61,557 nucleotides of DNA, filler included, from Sphacelaria rigidula (GCA_964200075.2; 7 parts of 7 records of this genome joined end to end with filler, not necessarily neighbours in it), one strand, 5' to 3'; numbered from the whole stretch's first letter, positions 12,601-23,626 are shown. A program made the numbers and translations. Notes: generated from the letters alone by a model not told the origin.

Positions 12601-13158
12601 CCCGCTTGGACAGCTGACTCATCTTGAAGCTCTTTCCATTATTGTATCTGGTAGCCTTTGTCGTCTGCATGATGTATTATTGTTTACTATTTCAAAGAAT
12701 ATAAAGAAACTCGAATCCCTGAGCCCTTCCTACACATCTCCCCCTGCAGCATGGTACCTTCTTGTATAACCCACAGATAGATGATATAGTGTGAAACAAT
12801 AGTCCCGGTTGGAAGCACAATGATACTCATGAAATAACGTTTGCCTTAGTGGTCGTCCACATGCATGTCTTTACTGTACAAGTTGAGTATTAGAGCGAAC
12901 AACAATAGTATTTCGATCGTGCAAGCTACGATGTTTCGCTAGCTCATGCATGATATGACTTACTTTTACTATAGGGTTCACGTTTAACCATTCCATTTGT
13001 GCGCAAAGTTCGATTTTACTATCATGCCGATTTTCTTGCATCTATCTGCTCGTTGCCTGAACTGTGAATCAACCTCGTTACAGTCTCACCGTTATGCCCG
13101 AAACAAGAGCAAGCTCACAGCACGTGGGAAAGTCCAACGCAGAACAGTACACAACGGA

Positions 13159-13466
13159 CGTCACGATATCTTGATCACAATATCAGGTCGATTCGATTTC
13201 TTTTTCCACTTGGTGGGATTTACCTCAGCACTCAGGCGAGAGTGAATCCCAGGGTGCCAGCTGGATCGATTCTTGTGAAGAACCGGATCCAACCAGATGT
13301 AGAGAGGCATGTTTATGTATGCCGTCTTTTGACGGATTACACCGCCTTCACCCCTGACCACGGTACTAGCTAGTTCCCGCGATCAGCCCTCCGGGCATAG
13401 TGTCGTTTTGAAACCGACGGCCCATCATCGTACTATCTCCATCACGCCACGCTGCGATCCGTAACA
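13159..13466 (-). repeat. Putative 3' LTR of the Gypsy element
   Basis: Begins TGTTACG immediately after the purine tract. A candidate end CGTGACG near 13159 is only a weak inverted match. Confidence 0.5.
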
Positions 13467-13476
13467 CCCCCCCTCA
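13467..13476 (-). promoter_or_regulatory. Polypurine tract (PPT)
   Basis: Minus strand GAGGGGGGG directly followed by TGTTAC. Confidence 0.75.
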
Positions 13477-13699
13477 GTCCTAGGATTGAAAAACCCTGGG
13501 ACTGAACGTGGTTTACACGATGGATCGCCGCGATACTCTGTCCCTCTCCCAGAGTACTCGGCGTTTCGGTGTAGCCGTCGATCTTGATAATCGTTCTGCC
13601 GGGTTAGACCACATAGGGAATTTAAACACCGTGCAGGACGATCCCTTCTCTTGATCAATTAGATCCTGAAACTGTTCCAGTATCTTGCCCATTCACCGT

Positions 13700-13855
13700 A
13701 TACTTTCGCACCTCCAACGGCGTCATCTCTTCCCAGTCTCCATCCTCGTACTTGATACGGTAATACGGTTGACGGAAATCGAACACCTCTCCGTCGAACT
13801 CCTGTTGCTCACCTTGGTTGTCTACAAACTGTTTACGGATTTTAGTCCCTCGAGG
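13700..13855 (-). other. C-terminal Tudor-like domain
   Basis: GTKIRKQF...FDGEVFDF...YYRIKYEDGDWEEMTPLEV matches the PTM/DIR17-type Tudor pattern G..V.K.F...f.G.V..y....y.V.YeDGD.Ed. Confidence 0.7.
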
Positions 13856-13942
13856 AATCTGTCGTAAAGCTTCATCCCGAGCGATAGAGTCTCTTTCCGC
13901 TCGAGATGGCGTAACAGATGGGCGTGATTTGGCTTGCGGGTG

Positions 13943-14116
13943 ATATAATTCCCACAAAGCATGAAACACGTCCAGCTGCAAGCCAGTGAAACTGTCCAAC
14001 ACTTCCTCCTCAGAAAGCCAATGAGATTCAGCTCCGTCATGGAATAACCCTCGATAGGCCCACTCCCATGACGATCCTGCTCCTAGCACCACCTTTCTAT
14101 CTGTCAGTGTGTACAG
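13943..14116 (-). other. Chromodomain-like region of integrase C-terminus
   Basis: YTLTDRKVV...WEWAYRGLFHDGAESHWLSEEEV resembles the chromo pattern I.d.r...Y.vkw.g...tWe.e..l and lies after the GPY/F motif. Confidence 0.5.
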
Positions 14117-14602
14117 TTGTGGGACGACCTCGATCCCCTCAGCCAAACCCAGTTCAGCCCCCCATGCTAACTGAGAATACTCGTCTGGAAACGGGTGTCG
14201 CAGCTGTTCAGGGCGCACATGAAATTTCTTCACATTGGCTGCCGACACCGTCCGTTCTCGTACTTTGCGCCCCTGCATATTGACCTTAAGGCTGAGACCG
14301 GGTATCACCACTTGCTGCACTGTCCATGGTCCCGTCCACAAGTCGTGCACGAGTTTAGTCGGCACATCCTCGTGTACAAGGGAGCTGTCGGACTCCTTTA
14401 CTAACAGCAAATCTCCTACCTGAGCTCGCGACCCCACCGATTGGCGACTCAGCTCGGCATTTCTAGCCAATCTTACCTCTTCCCTGTGCTTGTGGCGTTG
14501 GGTCAGCAGCTCGTGAACTTCCTTCAGGTTTTGGCGTTGTTGTTCCACCATGTTGTTCAACGGTGGAGACTCCGCTTCAGGTGACACAGCGTCTATTTGG
14601 GT

Positions 14603-15295
14603 GCGTGGTTCGCGCCCAAAAAGCAGCTTGAATGGAGTCGGGTTATTAGGTAACGAAGGATCGGGAGTAGTACGGTGAATCCACACAGCGGGGTCTACGT
14701 ACTCATCCCACCTTTTTGGCCATTGCTTACAAAGCTCAGCCAGAACGTCGTGCAACCATCCTCCGTACCTCTCTACCGTGCCCTGACCCTGCGGGTACTC
14801 TGCCGGACCATGGTCCAGTTTCACCTTCATCCACTGGCATACATGGTTCACTACCTCCGACGTGAATTCCCCCCCAGCGTCACTCCTCAAAAAGCAGGGT
14901 ACCCCAAACGTCAAGAAGAGTTTCAGCAGACATTTCGCCACGGGTACCGCGATTTTGGTAGCCAATGGGGAAGCAAATAGAAACTTCGTTGCTCGGTCCA
15001 CGATGATCAACAAATACCTGTTGCCCGGGGCAGAAACCTGCTTCATGTCCGATATGTCCATCTCTAACACCTCCCATGCTCGCAGAAATCGAGCAGGCCG
15101 CATCGCTAGGGTGTGGCTGTTGGTACGCTTGCGTCGACGACATCCACAAGATAACACGTATTTGCGAATATCGACAAAAAGACCAGGCCATTCGTACCGT
15201 GCGTTGACTACGGCAGTCGTCCTCATCACTCCAGCGTGCCCATGCGTAGTGTGCACCCACGCCAGCAACCCTGGCACTAAGCTGCGTGGGATAGC
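14603..15295 (-). other. Integrase zinc finger and DDE core
   Basis: HTTHGH...SCGC zinc finger; EVLEMD, LRSDAGGEF, GTVERY (D-D-35-E); TPFKLLFG; downstream GPY/F-type WTGPW. Confidence 0.92.
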
Positions 15296-15719
15296 CAACT
15301 TGGCTGGCTCCTTAGGGGAGGTGTACCATAGAAGATCATTCTCATCTAGCACGTACGCATCCCGTCTCTTGCTAGCTCCTTCATCCTTAGACTCCTTTCT
15401 CAACCTATCCTTGATGGGTCCCAGACGGAAGTCCCGCTCTTGTAACAACACGAGTTGTGATTTGTCCATCAGGATCGCCCGCGTTTGTTCGAGAACGGTT
15501 CTGGGGTTACCTTTACCTGGTACTGGTTCCTCTACCGAGGCCTCCCCCCCCCCAGAGTCCTGGTCCAACTTATGTCCCTCTTCAGGAACCGAAGAGCGAG
15601 TTACTGCGGCTCCCCACGTCTCTGGCAACTCATCTTCATGCGGCCATATCGCCGCTAGTGCACTTAAACCTACGTCCTCACTCTTAATCCGAGTCAAGCT
15701 TAACAAACCTTCCGCTTCC

Positions 15720-16610
15720 AAGCTTGATAAGACTGCCCCTAACATCCACGGATGGACGAAATTAGCCACAAGATCTATCATAGCATCGGGCTTCACCGTT
15801 GGTGGAGTCTCGTAGTGGTCGAGGGTGGTCGCGACTCTGACGAAGTCGGCTCTTTCTAACTCTACTGCTTCCTCCCATACCCCCGCGTCCGCCTTGTGGG
15901 GTTTAAAGTCCTCGCGCCGAGGTTTCTCTTTCATCAGCCGAGAACGAGTTAACCTGGGCACCGGATCATCTAAACTATGAATAGCCTTGCCTTGCCCCGT
16001 AGGCTCCACGAAATAGGTGCCAGTCCGCCCCAAGAGCTGGCCCAACGGGGGGCAGGTAATAGCATACGCTTCCACTCGCTGTCTCCATGCTCGTAGTGAT
16101 TCTTCCACCTGCGTGCCAGCCTTCAGAGCGACCACATAGGTCCGTCGCTTCCTGTACGGGGCACCCACCTGCACGGCTGAGATAGAAGCCTGCTCAACGC
16201 AGCATCCGGCTTTGTGCAGCAACGGGGCTACGCTCTCCGTTCAACCCGGAGAGTGTACCATCACCCCCGTACTTTCCAAGATCAGTGTTGTCGTCGGGAC
16301 TGAGGAGAGGAACGACTCGACCAATTCTCGGACACCATCTGCCGATCCCAGCTCTCCCGCACTATTATCAACGGAAGTAACCCTAGTCGTTTCTCCTACC
16401 AGCACTCCTGGTTGCACCTCTTCCACCAAATTGTGGAAAGAAGGGCGCCCTGGAGTCGTACGTACTAGCTTCACTCCCTTCACAATTTGGTTCATTCTGA
16501 CACACTCAAGCGCCTTCCAATTTGTATCAGTAGCTGCCACCACCTTCAAGAACTTCTCTGCGGCAAGAATGCTTCCCCCGCCTCCACAATGTACAATCAA
16601 AGCAGGGGAT
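15720..16610 (-). other. C5-cytosine DNA methyltransferase-like domain inside pol
   Basis: Ordered motifs: I LIVHCGGGG, II VVAATDTNWKALECVRMN, IV position VLVGETTR (no PC), VI LILEST, VIII ISAVQVGAPYRKRRTYVV, IX ELERADFVRV, X LVANFVHPWMLGAVL. Confidence 0.75.
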
Positions 16611-17044
16611 CGTTGCTTGACCGGTCCTGCCAAAGTGTTCTCTGTGTCAACCCCATTCCTCGTTTCCGGTGGATACCACGCGCTGACCTCGTTAAACGCC
16701 AATGTCATCACATCCGCGTATTCCTTCGGATACTCAGCCTCCAACTCGTTCAACAATATTCCGTCCAGTTTGGGTCCTTGCGGTCCTCCTCCTCCGCCGG
16801 GTCCAGCTTCGGTATCATCGTCAGGGAATGGCACGTCAATGTCACTTCCCCGAGGTTGGCTCCCTTGCAGCCGAGACAGGGCATCCGGCAACTGGTGTTC
16901 GTGTCCAGGTCTCCACTTGAGGACCATATCATACTCCATCAATCTTAGCGCCCACCGGTGGAACTTAGGCGACAAGTTCTGACTACGAAACAGCCATGTC
17001 AACGCACTGCAACCCGTAACCAGCGTAAACTCTCGCCCCCAAAA

Positions 17045-17518
17045 GGCCAACCTTCAACAAGCAATAGAGCACAACTCTCAACCCCGTTATGTGGCTGGCG
17101 AAAGTCGCACTAGGCCACAAGATATCATCCAACCAATTCTTGACACCCCGCGCCGGCAACAACGCTTCAGATACCGTTCGGTGGAACGTAGCGGGTAGTA
17201 CCTTAAGTCCGAATCCACAGCGTTGATATTGCCATAAGTGTCCCCTTGCGTCGCGAAAGGCGGTAAGGTGTCGGTCTTCTTTCGCCACTTCCAACTGGAA
17301 AAACCCACTTGCTAAATCCACACTCGTAAAGTACTTGGATCCCGCTAAGCCACTATACATGGTCTGCATGTCCCCCAAACCACCACTATATGACTCGAGA
17401 AGTTCGTTTAGTCCACGATAGTCCTGACACAACCGTAAACTACCGTCCTTCTTCCGCACCGTGACGCAAGCAGCTGCCCATGCGGACGTCGACGGCTCAA
17501 TGATCCCCCGCTCCGCGA
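17045..17518 (-). pseudogene. Gypsy reverse transcriptase (truncated by an internal deletion)
   Basis: VRKKDGSLRLCQDYRGLN, YFTSVDLASGFFQ, TAF, FGLK, WLDDIL. Joins directly, with a frameshift, to the RNase H C-terminus near 17045. Confidence 0.92.
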
Positions 17519-17618
17519 NNNNNNNNNNNNNNNNNNNNNNNNNNNNNNNNNNNNNNNNNNNNTTAATTAATTAANNNNNNNNNNNNNNNNNNNNNNNNNN
17601 NNNNNNNNNNNNNNNNNN
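17519..17618. other. Artificial contig spacer
   Basis: N44-TTAATTAATTAA-N44. Confidence 0.98.
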
Positions 17619-18878
17619 CACCTTTGCTCTTCCATGGTGGCGCCGGCGGGCGGTCGGGGAACGCTTGCCTTCCTCGCTTTCTTCCCGCTATTTGATGTGA
17701 CGCCGTTTCCGGCTGGTGCCTGAGATTCTTTCCTCTTCCGGTGCTCTGGGTCGCCCTCGCAAGAACTGCAAAGGCGCTTTTCCCGCTCGGCCAGAGTCGC
17801 ATCTTCTGAGATAGGGGCGAGCAGGTCGCAGAACGTATGGTGTGCAACCCGGCAGTGCGTGCATCGGTACCTGCGGGAATGAGGACAGAGGAATATATGT
17901 CGGCGGCGAATCGATCGACAGTCTCGCGAGCAATGCCTTCATCGATGGGTGTGTACCTCGGTGCTCGCCCTCCGACTAGATACTCCATGTGCGCTATTTT
18001 CACTTTCGCCTCACGTGTAGGGTGGGTTTGCACGACTCGCACACTTTGCCCTCGCGACTACCCGCTGCTGGTCGGTCTCTGTCCTCCTCACCCTCGCCGT
18101 CGGCCTCCCCAACGGATGCGTCGTTCCCATCGCCCTCGCCGCCGCTACCCACGAGTTTTGAACGCGCCGTCTTGTCGTTTATCGCGTTCCATTTTTTTCT
18201 CCACGTTTCGCTGGAAGACTTGAGGGTCCCTTTTTGTGTCATCTGCGATCGGGGGTGACGGCAGTATCTTTGTTGTGTCAAGTAGGAACTAAGATACAAC
18301 AGAAGGACGACCGGCAGCACGTCTCTGCTTCGTCTCTGGAATGCAAATGTACATGGGCGGTGGTGGTGTTTTACTCTCCTCGACCAGTGTTACCGGGAAA
18401 GATACAGTTGACTTCCGTGCCTGAGCAGCGAGGCTGGTCACCGATCAGCTCGCAACAGCGAATATATGTCTCCACTTTCTTACGATAAAGTCAAATACCG
18501 ACGGGGACCAACGCACCAGCTCCAATGGCCGTGGAAGTCTTCCCTTGTAGACCGCCTCGAATTCCTTGCATGGCTTCGCCTTCCTGTTCTTCGGCCGGCA
18601 TGCTTTCTCTTGTCTCTGATATCGTCTTGTCTACGGACGATATGTAGTCCCCCACGAACAGCTGGTAAATCTTCCAACCCGTACGTACCGTTTATCATTC
18701 TGTGCACGCCGCTGTTCGCAGAAATCGGAATCGAAAACATTAGACGTCGGACCACAGTCCGTGACAGGTCGACTAGTGTGCAGAGATAGTCACATACACG
18801 GCGGCGCATTCTAACGTGGTCTCGATATGGACAGAGCGCCTTACCTCGGGCGGTGGCCGGGCTACAGATTAACGGCAC

Positions 18879-19154
18879 TCACTCCTTAAACCTGTCCGTC
18901 CAAGCAAGACGAGGGACCACGCTCTCGATTCTCTTCACCAGGTTGTGCGCGATGCCGGCGTTTTTGGTGATCCGATCCCAATCTTTCGGTGTGGGTGTCA
19001 TCTTGTTCGCCCTCGAATGTCTGGCGTGGCACGGTCGAAAATCGAGGATGACTGTCATCTGGGTACCGCCCTCGGGATCTTTCATGAGCATCGCGATATA
19101 TTCGAAATAAACACACATCTTCACTCTCTGCCTGTCATATGTGGCCTCGCTCAT
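18879..19154 (-). pseudogene. Unknown ORF, left member of a divergent paralog pair (frame continues past the stop to 18480)
   Basis: First 39 codons align without gaps to the ORF starting at 19502 (16/39 identical aa). Confidence 0.4.
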
Positions 19155-19169
19155 CCTCGACAGCAGCCA

Positions 19170-19440
19170 TCTGCAATTCGCAACCCCCGGCGTTTAAACC
19201 AGTCGATATTATCTCAAAAAATAGAATTCAACAAACCATCCAACCAACCATCCCGATCATCCATCCTCAAACAATCTTTTATTAATTAATAAGGAATTTT
19301 TATATACAGTTTTAATTATGTTCAGACTTCAACCAACCATCCAACGAACCATCCAACGAACCATCCTCAAACAATCTTTACCTAATTAATAATTATTTTT
19401 TATATCTGCAATTCGTGACCGCCGGCGTTTAGACGGGTCG
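19170..19440. repeat. AT-rich intergenic region with duplicated ~75-bp unit (CAACCATCC arrays + CTCAAACAATCTTT...AATTAATAA) and flanking direct repeats ATCTGCAATTCG...CCGGCGTTTA
   Basis: 19233-19305 is similar to 19331-19405; 19170-19198 is similar to 19404-19432. Confidence 0.7.
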
Positions 19441-19501
19441 CTCTCGTCCTCCAGCGATTCCGGTGCAAAAAACTGTTCATGTTATACTCTGTTTTGCTAC
19501 G

Positions 19502-20038
19502 ATGTCTGAGGTCATACATGCCAACCGGAGAATGCTTGTATATTTTGATGTCGAAACAATTTCGATGTTGATGAAGGTTCCCGAGGTTGGTCCTCTGCCA
19601 AAATCCATCCTCAATTTTGAAAGTAGACTGCTTCGCGCTGGGGTGGTGGGTATGTGTGGTTACACGTTGGATAAATTGGTTATGACGGTCTATCAACCAG
19701 GACGTACCACATGACACACTCTCGTCATCCTTCGGTGCGGCGAATTGATGGAAGATAACTCTAGATTATCACAACAGTCGACTGGATGTACCGGCGGTGC
19801 ATACCTTACGAGCATACTGACGGCGATCGATTGCGCTGCGGGTTTGGCGTGTAGATCGCTGCAAGCCTTGCTCTTCAGGTACGTCAGCGAAACGCATTTT
19901 GCGTCGATACCGGGGTCCGACGTTTGGAACGCCCAGGCAATGGCCTTCATTGCTTCCGGTGTAGTGAAGAAACAGGCCTTCCGCCAGTGCCGCATCGTCA
20001 CCAGCGACAGAGAATTCAAACCCAGCTGTTTTCGGTAA
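19502..20038 (+). pseudogene. Unknown ORF, right member of the divergent paralog pair (in-frame TGA at 19712-19714)
   Basis: MSEVIHANRRMLVYFDVETISMLMKVPEVGPLPKSILNF; the ORF track pieces 19463-19714 and 19745-20038 share a frame. Confidence 0.4.
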
Positions 20039-22049
20039 CGGGGGGGCACCATTGGACCGTGCAGAAAAACATGCATCAGATGCGGTGAATGTGTTCGCTG
20101 GACACTGAATTGTTTTCGGCGTATGAGTGGGTGGGAGACGCAGCGCACGCGTCGTAAACCGTCCGGCAACTAGCTCACCACAATACAAGCGGACTTGACT
20201 CGGTTTCGAGACGTAACGTACATATGATACAATACGACTTTAAACCTCACCCAATGCCCGCCATCGTCCTCGTGTAATGAAGACCCGGTTTTGTACTACC
20301 CCGTGTTTCACATTCCACTACTCACGTTCGTAAACTCCTTCGCTATTTGTTCCCCCGTGACGGCATCGCTTTCCTTCCTCTCCTGGACCGAGGTTATGAT
20401 CCCAACGAACATGTAAAGCTTGTCGTACGTGTTACGGGGAGACAGAGTTTCGCCGACATCGTTTCAAGCTGTTCGAAGGCATACAGGCAGCAGCAACGGT
20501 TGACGCGGTTATTTTTCTCCGATGTTCCAGACTTTTTTTTCGAAAAGATTTCCTCTCTGACACAGCTGATGCTGGTCAACAACAATATAAATCAATTAAG
20601 TCGTCCCTTTGGTCGTTCATATCTCTTTACTTACGAAATAAGCGAGAAGCGGAACAGATGTTTGCTTTTTGTCGGAGAAAAACGGCTGTCACACATCATC
20701 GCAGAAAATATATAAAAAGTTGGGGACTTTCGGGAAAAACATCCCAGATGTGTCGCAAGTCTCGCAGATATTCCCCGCAAGGACGAGATCGGGTGTGTGA
20801 GGGCGTGTGTTAGCACCTTTTTTTTTCGATCGAAAAAGTGCGATCGAAGTTTTTTCTGCCCATCTGATAGGTCCATTGCCTTCACGTGTCTCAAAGGCTT
20901 CAACTCAGAATTTTAATCAGCGGCGCGCGGAGAAGAATGTAACGGGTGAAAAATCATAATTTTTCGATCAAAATCATGCAGTCGAAAGGCACGAAGCGGC
21001 ACCTGACCCCTGTCTTACGGACCACCACGCCAAATAACACCCGTTCACAGGACCATGCAAACACCATCCAACTCATTCACAGGTACCACCGCAACCATGC
21101 AGCACAGAGCACGAGTTGAGCACAGGGAAACATACACTACAGTAGTTGTAAGCAGAGAGAACCGATAGCCCTGGGCTGTCTGAACTGCACATCGTCAACT
21201 TCCCCTTTATCTTCTCCTGCGCGAAACACGCACACACCCACTCAAGACATCCTACTTGCAGGCAGTGCAAACGGTACAGACCATGTATCGTCTCACGAAT
21301 TTCACTGTCGTTTTTGGATCGGAAGCTTGTAAATCCATCCGGGCCCAACTGCATCCACACGAAAACTATTCACTTGACTCAATTCCACCGCTCTTTTTGT
21401 TCGCTCGAGACAAAAGTGCGAAGACATGCCCTGAGACGTGCGAATTCTCGCCAACAAATATATGTATGCAAACGGCAACCGGAAACACCCAGGCGCTGAA
21501 GCAAAGATATACCTGCCGGCACACTCGTGTATGCCAAGTGAAGGGCCATACTGTTTTTTCAGAGCCCGAAAAAGAAAAAGGTGCATAAAAACCCTTGAGG
21601 TGCCGATTTCCTTTTTTCAGGGGCTGAAAAAGAAATAAGGCACACAAAAAAAGAAAAAAAAGGCACACAAAAAAAGGGAAAATGTGCCTGTCGAAAACGA
21701 AAAAAAGTAGAGGCGAAATGCATGAAAACAGTATCCGAAAAACATGAGGAAAATTAGTCGAGGATCCAACGTCGACACCTCAGGCACACGCGAACCGTCG
21801 CTTCAATCATAGACCCGCAGACGAGCCGTGTGAGAGGCTGAGCCTCAATTCCTAGCGCTAAACTAGTGTGGAGTCACAACAACCGTTTTTTGGTACATGC
21901 TTGAGTCGGATGACCCAACCATTGTGTCGGCATTTTTCAAACACTAGGCCGTACAACAACTTTTTTGGCATCATGAGAAGATAGTTCGGTGCTCTCGAAA
22001 CGACAGCGGGGGCACGTGGCCACAGAAAATACCATCGATCAACCTCACG

Positions 22050-22465
22050 ACTCCCCGTCGCCGAGGATGCGCATGACCTCTAGCCCAAATTCGTGGTACA
22101 GTCGACAGGGCACGCAGTGATCTTGCTCGAAAATCGATCTTGCGGCAGATATGCGATGGTTTCCGTCTAAGACGCGAAAAGCACACGTAAACTCCGCCGT
22201 CACTCCTCCCTCTTCCGGAACTCCTTGGTGCGGCATCACGATGGCTGGCGGATTGTGCGTGAGCCACCCCTTTGACTTCAACGAAGTGATGACCTTCTCC
22301 ACTCCACGAGGGTTCAGCTCGCGCGTGAGGGACGTCACGGTGATTTGAGATAACTTTATCGGAAACGTACCAACGTAGTGGCTTGCGAGGAGGCTTTCCA
22401 TGTTCCGCTGTACTGGCGCTACTGCACCTGACGGTTGGCTTCTGACCTGAGGGGAATCCATTCGC
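22050..22465 (-). CDS. Exon encoding a ParB/Sulfiredoxin-like domain
   Basis: Acceptor tttcag at 22466-22471; TRELNPRGVEKVITSLKSKGWL..NPPAIV...FRVLDGNHRISAA, the hallmark ParB N-terminal pattern. Donor site uncertain. Confidence 0.65.
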
Positions 22466-23074
22466 CTGAAACAATGGTAGCCTGCTGCTTGAGTGTATTG
22501 GGACGCAGGCCGCAGGCAGCAGCGTAGTGGGTTGTGTTGCGTTCGGGGGTGCTGGGGGGGGGGGAGGGGGGGAAGGGGGGATGGGATCGAGCATGATCGG
22601 GGCACGTTACCCAGGGCACCCGCGAAGCCACCTGCAATGGGGACGTAGCGACATATCTGGGTCATATCAAACTCACATGAGTACGGATTATCCGTGTTGA
22701 CTGATATTATCGTAGTTGGTGAGTAGTACATCCACGTGTTTGTTACGGTCGTCACTTCCTGTGGGATGATGGCCCGTTTGCAGCACGTCGGTTGCCATGC
22801 CATCGAACGAATCCTATCAGTCAGGCAGGTGAAAAGACTTAATGATTCCGATATTTGTCGACATGTGTCCCATTACCTGATCGCGCTTCTGGTGCACATA
22901 GGCGGTTGCGCACAGAACCACAGCATGTTTACCCCGACATTCTAGCAGTCAGGGCATGTTGCTTTTAATTCCCGACAAGATTGGTCAAGGTACGGAACTG
23001 CTACAGAATCTCAATTACTGCCAGGGCATCACCGCCCTGCCCCCAGCCGGCACAAAGTATCGACAACACTCACT

Positions 23075-23626
23075 TTGAAACACCAACGCACCAGAGGAAT
23101 TAGTGTCGAGCGTGCGTTGATGCCTATCACAGAGGCAGGTCGCCTCCTGTTCGCGACCTCGGTTGAATCCGCAGAGCGGAACATTGCATCATCATGTGGG
23201 CATGCCGGCGGCTTGACTCCACAAGGACGGCAACCAGAGCAACCTCTCCTCGAGTCGATCGTTCCGGTGTCGGCTGCAGCTCTCCCCACACGACCGATGG
23301 AGCTGCACGATATGATCGCATCGAGTTTCGAGTGCTGCCGCAGTTTACGGTGTGTAGAGCGGTTCCTTGAAGGGACACTTGATGCTCGGAGGTTGGCGTT
23401 CGAGCAAGAGGACCTCAATCGTATCGTCGCACGCCAAGCAAGACTGACTTGGGTACGAGGGCACGTACCGTATCAAAAACCAGGTGAGAACAACATGGCA
23501 TCCATGCATGCTTCCGACGGCGTGGTTTGTAATCGTTTCTTCGCTCGAGCCTATGGGGTGTCGAAGAACCTCATTGAGAACGCCAAGAAGAACCCGGGTG
23601 CTCCATCGGTGTCGAGAATCACGTGA
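23075..23626 (+). CDS. Cys-rich ORF/exon resembling the N-terminal region of DNA-transposon proteins (Sola-like)
   Basis: ECCRSLRC...VCNRFFARAYGVSKNLI pattern; ends at a probable donor CAC|GTGAGT. Confidence 0.35.
   Translation: MKHQRTRGISVERALMPITEAGRLLFATSVESAERNIASSCGHAGGLTPQGRQPEQPLLESIVPVSAAALPTRPMELHDMIASSFECCRSLRCVERFLEGTLDARRLAFEQEDLNRIVARQARLTWVRGHVPYQKPGENNMASMHASDGVVCNRFFARAYGVSKNLIENAKKNPGAPSVSRIT

Larger units (their letters stand above)
13655..17050 (-). pseudogene. Gypsy pol C-terminal part (RNase H end, DNMT-like, integrase, chromo-like, Tudor-like) with a single in-frame TGA at 16241-16243
   Basis: ORFs 16241-17050 and 13655-16222 are in the same frame (HSPG*TESVAPLLHK). 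RNase H tail FTLVT...RWALRLMEYD...HQLPDALSR. Confidence 0.9.
13159..17518 (-). mobile_element. Ty3/Gypsy LTR retrotransposon (3' part), order RT-RH-DNMT-like-INT-chromo-like-Tudor-like-PPT-LTR; defective copy
   Basis: RT, RNase H and integrase motifs in Gypsy order, PPT, and TG start of the 3' LTR. 5' part cut by the contig end; distal LTR boundary approximate. Confidence 0.92.

Noticed and set aside
16241-16243. In-frame TGA inside pol as programmed readthrough
   Set aside because: It falls mid-domain and is one transition from TGG; the copy also has a deletion removing the RT end and most of RNase H, so simple decay is more likely.
14862-16982. Long plus-strand ORFs (14862-15815, 16212-16982)
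   Set aside because: Antisense shadows of the Gypsy pol frame.
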